Of a DNA stretch of 25,296 nucleotides, positions 8,504-15,600 are shown piece by piece (position 1 is the first letter of the stretch; every line of letters begins with the position of its first letter). The stretch comes from a virus. Taxonomy: Duplodnaviria > Caudoviricetes. The stretch spans positions 1-25,296 of the IMG/VR virus record IMGVR_UViG_3300042822_000018, one strand, 5' to 3'. Made by a program: the position numbers and the translations under genes. The notes below the pieces were generated by a model, which saw only the letters and a list, made by a program, of their open reading frames with translations, made no database searches and was not told the DNA's origin.

Positions 8504-8540
8504 AGCGTACTTGACGTGTCACTAGGTTACTGAGTACGGT
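8504..8540. promoter_or_regulatory. Divergent leaderless promoter region with repeated operator
   Basis: + strand: TTGACG (8511-8516), 18 nt, TACGGT (8535-8540), 7 nt to ATG8548; - strand: TACGCT at 8509-8504. Confidence 0.7.
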
Positions 8541-8547
8541 CGTCGGC

Positions 8548-8751
8548 ATGAAGACGTTGCGCCAATGCCTCGCCGAGCGCCTCGACGCCGACGACGCCGT
8601 GGCTCATGCCACCGACGACGGCTGGGGCTCCGAGATCGTCGGCTCGCCGACCGAGGTCGTCGACACCGCCGTGCACGCCGTTCAGGCCTGGCTGAGTCAG
8701 TTCGGCTACGACCCGACGGTGCGCATGCTGCACGGCGAGGCGATGAAGTGA
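8548..8751 (+). CDS. Hypothetical protein (67 aa)
   Basis: Follows the promoter; GTGA overlap with next gene. Confidence 0.65.
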   Translation: MKTLRQCLAERLDADDAVAHATDDGWGSEIVGSPTEVVDTAVHAVQAWLSQFGYDPTVRMLHGEAMK

Positions 8752-9032
8752 GTACCGCGCCACCTCGGCAACCAACTCCGACGACGTACGCCGAGCTTGT
8801 CGCCGCCCATGACTGCGAGTACGCCGCGCCGGAGAAACAGATATTCCTCACAGTCATGGAGGACGGACAGATAGCTTTGATCATCGCCCACCCCCACCCA
8901 GACGGCGGGCAGCGGTTGGCGATCCTGGAACACCTGACCATACGGCGCGAGGACTTCAACGAGTGGCTCCACACGACGCGCGAGTGGTGGAACGCCGAAA
9001 AGCGTCACCCCGCGGTAAAGGTAGTGAAATAG
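8748..9032 (+). CDS. Hypothetical protein (94 aa)
   Basis: GTG8748 coupled to upstream stop; more A/T-ending codons than neighbours. Confidence 0.6.
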   Translation: MSTAPPRQPTPTTYAELVAAHDCEYAAPEKQIFLTVMEDGQIALIIAHPHPDGGQRLAILEHLTIRREDFNEWLHTTREWWNAEKRHPAVKVVK

Positions 9033-9149
9033 ATGGTCGAGGAGTCGGAGCGCGAGAAGATCCTGCGCGAAGAGCGCGAACGCAATCGGCGCGAAGCGGA
9101 CAAAGTCGAGCAGGAGAAGAAGGGCGGGCCGCGTGATGACCAGCGTTGA
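9033..9149 (+). CDS. 38-aa highly charged peptide
   Basis: MVEESEREKILREERERNRREADKVEQEKKGGPRDDQR; ATG immediately after the upstream TAG. Confidence 0.5.
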   Translation: MVEESEREKILREERERNRREADKVEQEKKGGPRDDQR

Positions 9150-9507
9150 GGCGTCATGGCTGCCGCCCGAGCTCACCATCACCCAGCCCTACTCGATGGG
9201 TCCGCTGACCCGCTGGGATCCGCGCTCGACCCTGCCGGCCATGGGTACGGTGCGCCTGTTCGACGCGCCTGAGTTGGCCATTCTGGGCTGCTTCATCGCG
9301 CCGGGGCGCGTCCAGGCCGCGGCCCGGGCGCAGGGTGAGCGCGGCATCATGATGATCCGGGCCAAGGGTCTGGTCGAGGCGCTGGGCCTCGTCAACTCTG
9401 CGCTGGCCGAGGTCGACGTCACCCCGATCCAGTCGGCGGCCGCCGCGGTGCTCGGCGGCCAGGCATTCGTGGACGCGCTGCACGCGCTCGAAGACGGGGA
9501 CGACTGA
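9136..9507 (+). CDS. Hypothetical protein
   Basis: About 123 aa, GC3-rich codons; TGATG coupling to next gene. Confidence 0.65.
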   Translation: MTSVEASWLPPELTITQPYSMGPLTRWDPRSTLPAMGTVRLFDAPELAILGCFIAPGRVQAAARAQGERGIMMIRAKGLVEALGLVNSALAEVDVTPIQSAAAAVLGGQAFVDALHALEDGDD

Positions 9508-9746
9508 TGACGACGGATGATGCTCCGGCGCGGTGGCCGACCGACGCCCGCTGGCCGAGACGCCGAAACGCGCTGATCGGGTTCTCCGTCGTCACGCTTG
9601 TGTGGCTGAACCTCGAGATGTGGACGTCGATACCCAAGGATCTCCTGGCCATCCTCCTGCGGCCGGTACAGACCATCGCGCTCGGCCTGTTCCTCTACGA
9701 GATCGGCCGGCTCCACCAGGCGAAGGCGGCCCGCCGTGACCGCTGA
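9507..9746 (+). CDS. Small two-TM membrane protein
   Basis: ALIGFSVVTLVWLNL and LLAILLRPVQTIALGLFLY hydrophobic segments. Confidence 0.6.
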   Translation: MTTDDAPARWPTDARWPRRRNALIGFSVVTLVWLNLEMWTSIPKDLLAILLRPVQTIALGLFLYEIGRLHQAKAARRDR

Positions 9747-10161
9747 TCGCGTCTGGACGCTGATTGCCCTGGTCGTCATCATCGCGCGCCTCACGCGCCT
9801 GCTCGTCGTGGACGAGTGGCCGCCGGCACGCGGCACGCGGCACTGGTTCGTGCGCACCTTCGCCACCGTCGACCGGCGCGGCGACGTGGTCCGCGACGTC
9901 GCGCGCTGGGGGCGGCTGGCCAGCGCGGCCCACGCGGTCGCCTACATCTGGACCTGTCCGTGGTGCATGTCGGTCTGGGTCGGCGGGGCGGTGTGGGGCG
10001 CGGCGACGCTCTGTCCGTGGCTGGTCTGGCCGGCCGCCGTGATCGCGTTGGGCTCGATGGTGGCCGGCTGGGACGGCAACGCGCAGGGCGAGCACGACAA
10101 GCGCTACGAGATCATGGAGCGTAAATTGCTTGGCCATGACGTTGACACCGGCACCCGTTAG
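9736..10161 (+). CDS. DUF1360-family membrane protein
   Basis: ARLTRLLVVD and WTCPWCMSVWVG signatures. Confidence 0.8.
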   Translation: MTADRVWTLIALVVIIARLTRLLVVDEWPPARGTRHWFVRTFATVDRRGDVVRDVARWGRLASAAHAVAYIWTCPWCMSVWVGGAVWGAATLCPWLVWPAAVIALGSMVAGWDGNAQGEHDKRYEIMERKLLGHDVDTGTR

Positions 10162-10170
10162 GATCTATCC

Positions 10171-10752
10171 GTGGATCAATACCTGACCGCCGAAGGCCCG
10201 GAGAACGATCCGGCCATCGCGCTCGACATGGCCGTCAAGCTCATGGCCCCGTGCTTCTGTGACCGCGCCGGCTGCACCCATGGCGGCCTCGTCGAGGCGG
10301 CGCGCCAGGTCACCGCCGTGGCTGACGTCTTCGTAGCGTGGCTTCGGCGGCCAGTTCGGATCACGTTCGGCCCCGCGGTTGTGACGGAGCAGGACACTGG
10401 AGAGATCGTTTCTACCGCAGGAGGAAGCATGGCAACCATCGACACCAGCCAGGTCGTGACCTGGACCGTCGACCCCGAGGACGACCGCGGGTTCGACGTC
10501 ACCACGCCGCTCGAGGTCACCAACTCGGACGACAGCGTGGCCACAGTCGTCTACACGCCACCGGCCGACGGCGAGCTGGGCACCATCGCGGCCACGGCCG
10601 TCGCGCCGGGCTCGACGCTGATTACGGTCACCGCGACCGGCACCGACCCGCTCATCACGGGCAGCCTGAACGTCGACGTTATCCCCGGCGGGGTGGCCGT
10701 CCTGAACTTCGGCGAGCCCGAGATCACCGAACAGGTAGTCGTCACCCCGTAG
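10171..10752 (+). CDS. Protein with C-terminal Ig-like beta domain; internal in-frame start at 10429
   Basis: TNSDDSVATV...TAVAPGSTLITVT is a Big-2-like pattern; TAGGAT 6 nt before GTG10171; AGGAGG before ATG10429. Confidence 0.7.
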   Translation: MDQYLTAEGPENDPAIALDMAVKLMAPCFCDRAGCTHGGLVEAARQVTAVADVFVAWLRRPVRITFGPAVVTEQDTGEIVSTAGGSMATIDTSQVVTWTVDPEDDRGFDVTTPLEVTNSDDSVATVVYTPPADGELGTIAATAVAPGSTLITVTATGTDPLITGSLNVDVIPGGVAVLNFGEPEITEQVVVTP

Positions 10753-10770
10753 GTCTGATCAACCTGCGGA

Positions 10771-10926
10771 ACCGGAGCCCAGCCGCTCCGGTCATGCGGC
10801 CCCCGTCGCGCGCTCTACTCCCCGTATGAGAGCGCCCGGGGGCCGCTCCATGTCCGGCCTGCCTGCGCGGCGATGTACGCCCCCGTGATCTCCGTCTACG
10901 ATGGGGCAACGGCGAGCCACGGGGGT
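10771..10926 (+). promoter_or_regulatory. Structured intergenic region with hairpins and candidate late promoter of the portal gene
   Basis: Hairpins at 10771-10792 and 10796-10846; CCGTCTACGATG at 10892-10903 is repeated at 20411-20422. Confidence 0.55.
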
Positions 10927-10930
10927 GATC

Positions 10931-12595
10931 ATGCCGCAGAGCCTGCGCCTGCCGGCCCTGATCCAGCGTCCGGCCGCCCCGACCCAGGTGGCGCCGGACT
11001 CCGCGCTGGTCGCCGCCGCCCAGGCGTACACGCCCGGTGAGTGGCGCAACGCGCAGATCTTCGGCGGCAACAACCCGTGGGAGTCTGAGGCCTGGGGCTT
11101 CTGGGACACCCTCGGCGAGTTCTATCAGGCCGTCGACTGGCAGTCCCGCGCCATGTCCCGCATCCGCCTCGGTGCTGCCGAGGTCGTGCCCGGCGGGGAT
11201 GAGCCGGAGATGCTGACCGAAGGCCCGGCCGCCGACCTCATGCAGTCGTTCTGTGGCGGGGCGCCCGGCCATTCGGCCTTCCTGCGTGCCATCACTCCGC
11301 AGCTGCTCGTGCCCGGCCAGGGCTGGCTGATCGCCGAGCGCGACGATCCGTTCGCGCCGCTGGCCGCCGCCGAGTGGGGCGTCTACTCGATGGACTGCGT
11401 CCAGGGCCTGGGTGGCACGTTCCAGGTGCGGGTCGGCCCGGGCGCGTGGCGCTACCTGGCCCCCGACAACCTGCCCATGCGCATCTACAACCCGCACCCG
11501 CGCTGGCCCTGGCTGGCGACCAGCTCGGCCCAGGCCGCCCTGCCGATCATGCGCCGGATCCAGCTCATCGACTCGCGCATCGTGGCGATGATGGTGTCCC
11601 GGCTGGCGATGAACGGAATCATGTTGATTCCGCAAGAAGGCACCATCGGGGTGCCTGACCAGTACAAGGACGCCCCGGACCCCTTCGTGGCCATGCTCAT
11701 CGAGATCGCCTCGCGCAACATCGCCAACCCCGGCCAGGCCAGCGCCGGCATCCCGATCCCGATCAAGTTCACCGGCGACCTGATCGAAAAGTGGAAGATC
11801 CTGAAGGCCGACGACCCGCTCGATGAGTGGCTGCTGAAAGAGCGCACCGACGAGTTGGGCCGGCTCGGCGACTCACTGGGCATCGCACGGGAGCGCGTCT
11901 CGGGCGGCATGGGCCAGCAGAATCACTGGAACCTCTGGGGCATCAACGAGGAAGAGATCAACCTTTCGTTCAGCCCCATCGCCGAGACGGTGTGCGGCGC
12001 GGTCACGAAGGCCTACCTGAAGCCGATGCTGGTCGCCTCGGGCCAGAGCCTCGTCGGCCCGCAGGGCGGAAAGATCATCGTCTGGTACGACACCAGCGAG
12101 CTCGCCGCGCGGCCCGACAACTCGGCCAACGTGCGCCAGGGCTACGTGGACGGCGTCGTCAATGAGGCCGCCTACCTGCGCGAGATCGGCCTGGGCGAGG
12201 CCGACGCGCTCACAGACACCGCCGAGATCGAGACCTGGGCCTACAAGCGGTTCATTGCCGGCGGCTCGGACGCGCTCGCCCCGGCCGGGCTGGCCGGCCT
12301 CACTGGCGGCTCGCCGCAGCCTGTCGCCCCACAGTCTCCGGCCGCAGGGGTCGCGGCACCGCCGGCTGCATCCGGCGCACCGGCGGTTGGGTCTCCGGCC
12401 CGGCCGTCAGAACCCGCGACCCCCGCGGCCGGCCCGCCCCGCACCAACGGCCAGGCCGCGGTCGCACCGGCCTTGACGGCGACCGCCGGATCCGCGCCCG
12501 ACGTCAACGGCACGCTGCGGCGGGTCCTGGTCGAGGCCGGCGCGCTGACGCCCGAGCGGCCGCGGCGCTACAACGGCCACCACGTCAAGCGGTAG
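10931..12595 (+). CDS. Portal protein
   Basis: Between terL and MuF; WGFWDTLGEF...SRIRL and NHWNLWGINEE motifs typical of actinophage portals; Pro/Ala-rich tail. Confidence 0.85.
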   Translation: MPQSLRLPALIQRPAAPTQVAPDSALVAAAQAYTPGEWRNAQIFGGNNPWESEAWGFWDTLGEFYQAVDWQSRAMSRIRLGAAEVVPGGDEPEMLTEGPAADLMQSFCGGAPGHSAFLRAITPQLLVPGQGWLIAERDDPFAPLAAAEWGVYSMDCVQGLGGTFQVRVGPGAWRYLAPDNLPMRIYNPHPRWPWLATSSAQAALPIMRRIQLIDSRIVAMMVSRLAMNGIMLIPQEGTIGVPDQYKDAPDPFVAMLIEIASRNIANPGQASAGIPIPIKFTGDLIEKWKILKADDPLDEWLLKERTDELGRLGDSLGIARERVSGGMGQQNHWNLWGINEEEINLSFSPIAETVCGAVTKAYLKPMLVASGQSLVGPQGGKIIVWYDTSELAARPDNSANVRQGYVDGVVNEAAYLREIGLGEADALTDTAEIETWAYKRFIAGGSDALAPAGLAGLTGGSPQPVAPQSPAAGVAAPPAASGAPAVGSPARPSEPATPAAGPPRTNGQAAVAPALTATAGSAPDVNGTLRRVLVEAGALTPERPRRYNGHHVKR

Positions 12596-12601
12596 GCCGC
12601 C

Positions 12602-15600
12602 GTGCAGCGCATCCACGGCCTGACCGATGACCAGGTGCGTGCGTTCGAAGCGCGCATCGAGCAGCAGATGGTCGACTCGCTGCAGTACGTGATGGACACC
12701 ATTGCCCGTCGCATCGAGCGCAACGCCATGCCGCAGGTGGCCGCCGCCATGGCGCTGACCGCTGCGGTGACCACCGGTCCGGACGGCGACGACGACCCGC
12801 CGCCCCAGTCCGCCGAGCTTGAGATCCCACCGCCCGAGCCTGAGCCGAACGACATTCCGGCCACTCCCGACCTGCCACCGGGTCAGCCGTACGTGTCGCC
12901 GGACGACCTGGCCTCGATCGCACCGCTCTGGCAGGAGCAGGTCACGCAGCAGTTGGTGCCGATCGCGGCCGAGGTGCTGCAGACGGCCGGCCAGGCGGTG
13001 CTGGCCCAGTTGGTCGACAAGTCCGGCGTGGCCGCGCTCCCCAAGCTCGGCAATCTGGCCGCCGAGACGTATCTGCGCCAGCAGGCCAACACCTTCGATC
13101 AGGTGGGCGACCATCTCTGGCACACTGCCCGGGCGCAGCTGGCGCAGGGCTTCGAAGCCGGCGAGTCCATTCCGCAGTTGGCCGCGCGCCTGCGCCAGTC
13201 GGCCGGCCTGACCGCGCGGACCGGCGTGCTGGTGGCGCGCACGTCGGTGATCGAGTCGTCGAATTTCGGGTCGCTGGCGACGGCGCGGGCCTCGGGCCTG
13301 GCCATGCAGAAAGAGTGGATCGCCACTCCGGACATTCGCACACGTCCTACGCATCTGGCCGCAGATGGCCAGAGAGTAGACATTAACGCCAAGTTCACTG
13401 TCGGCGGTCACGCCGCCGACTTCCCTGCCGACCCTGACCTGCCACCGTCCGAGCGCTACTCATGTCGGTGCACAACGGGCTACATCATGCCCGAACGCCC
13501 GAAGCGCCTACCGGACGCGACGCCCGAGCCCGACCTGGCACAGCTGCCCGGCACGAGCGGGGTGGCCACCGAGATCGAGCCACTGGACCTGACGCCGGCG
13601 GTCGACGAGGCGTTGACGCTGCCGAAGGCCTCGGGCACTGGCGTCGACCAGCCTGCCTATGGCGACCACGCGCCCAGCTATGTCCGTCCGTCTCTGCGCG
13701 ACGCGAAGACGCCGCGGGCGCTGCGGCGGGCGTGGCAGGACGAGGTGCAGGCCATCACCGGCTATCCGTTCCTGGTCGACGCCATGCCGCGCGGCATCTC
13801 GCTGGCCACGGCGCGCGAGTACGCCGAGGGCACGCTGCAGATGTTCACCCAGTTCCCGGCCGCCAAGATGGACCGGATCCACTGGTTCGACGAGGCCGAC
13901 GGGCCCTATGCCCGGGTCCGCAGCGGCGGCCACGCCATCGAGTTCAATATGCGCTACGCCAGCGAGGCCGGCCGGCCCAAGCTGCTGGCTGGCCGGCGCA
14001 AGGATGTCACCGGCTGGGAGTCGGGCACGACGGGCTGGTCGGTGCGCAACGACGTACCGACACAGGGCGTCGTCTACCACGAGTTCGCGCACGTCATCGA
14101 CGAGGAGAACCTGCGCCGGGCCATCCATCCCATGCTCAAACCGCTGATGATCCGTCACGCCACCGCCGAGGGCGTCACCGATATCGACGACCTGATCAAG
14201 CGCCGGATCTCGTCCTACGCGACGAGCGACTCGCACGAGATGATCGCCGAGGCCGTCACCGACGTGATGGTCAACGGCCAGGCCGCCAGCGCCATGTCGC
14301 GCGAGATCTACGACCTGATGGTCGCCGAGTACCGCCGGCGCGGCTTCGCGATCCGCAGCGCCGAGCCGCTCGACGACCTGGCCGCTGAGGCTGAGCGCGA
14401 GGGTCTCGTCTTCCCGAAGGCCGCCGCGCCGAAGACCCTGGCCTCGCAGACGGTCGCGCAGTTGCGCACGCTGGCCAAAGAGCGCGGCATCACAGTGCCG
14501 CCCGGCACGCGCAAGGCCGACCTGGTCCGCATGCTCGACGAAGCGCCGCCGACGGTCGCTCCGGTCGATCTGGCCGCTCAGGCGGTCGCGCGTCAGGCCG
14601 CCATCGACGCCGCTCGCAAGACCGCCCAGTTCGCGACCCGCATCGACGAGATCATCGCCAACGCGGCCACCCCGAAGGCGCTGACGCACACCATCGACAC
14701 CCTGGGGCGACAGGCGGGCCTGTCCGACGCCGAACTGGGCGCACTGCGGGCGCTGGTCGACGACCGCCCGGCACTGCTGGCCGCGGTGCGGGCCCGGGCG
14801 TCCGGACAGGGCGTCGAGGTGCTGGGCTCGACCAACGACGTCGTGCGCTTCGACCGGCGCATCCACCAGGGCATCGACGGCGACCTGCGCCAGGGCCAGA
14901 CCGTGCAGGTGGTCCGCCCGGCCAGCCAGGTCCGCATCGGCGACGAGCTCGTGCCGCTGGACAAGGCGACGGTCGAGGCCACCGACCTGCCGCTCAGCCA
15001 GGCCACGCCGACCCCCGCTGGCCCCGTCCGCGAACTCGCTCCGCCACCCCCGCTGTCCCGCGCCCCGGCCGCCGTCCAGGCCCGCCAGGCGCAGCTGCGC
15101 GAAGACGCCGCCCGGCCGGTCCTGGCCGACAAGTCGCGACGCCAGTCCGGGGCGAATGCGATCACCACGCAGGTCGAGCACAAAGGCGGGCCGCCGACCA
15201 TCACGAAGGACTTCTCGCGCCTCGGCGAGGGCCCGTCCGCCAGCAAGCGCCGCGCCGACGCTGAGGAGTTGGGCGCGCTGACCAGCGAGGCCGTCGGCAT
15301 CCGAGCGCCTGCCGTCATCCGCACCGGGCCGCGCTCGGTCGAGATGGAACACATTGACGGACAGCTCGGAGACGAGATCACTCGCGTCGGTCAGCCGATC
15401 GAAGCCACCGGAATTACCGAGACCGACGAAGGGCGGCTGCTCGGACTGGCCGACATCCTCATGGGGAACAGTGATCGCAACGGTGGGAACTGGATGCGAT
15501 TGGCAGACGGACATCTCGTCGCGATCGACCATGAGGATGCGTTCTACGGCGGGAAGCTCATCGGCGCCGACGACCCGTTCGGCGCCGCACTGGTCGGGCG

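Noticed and set aside
9507-10161. Holin/lysis cassette
   Set aside because: Membrane proteins are present but there is no endolysin in the window
10142-10164. TTGACA paired with TAGGAT as a promoter
   Set aside because: Spacer only 11 nt; ATGACG at 10136-10141 fits 17-nt spacing better
10760-10860. Canonical tRNA gene
   Set aside because: No cloverleaf or TTCGA T-loop; kept only as a minihelix-like hairpin
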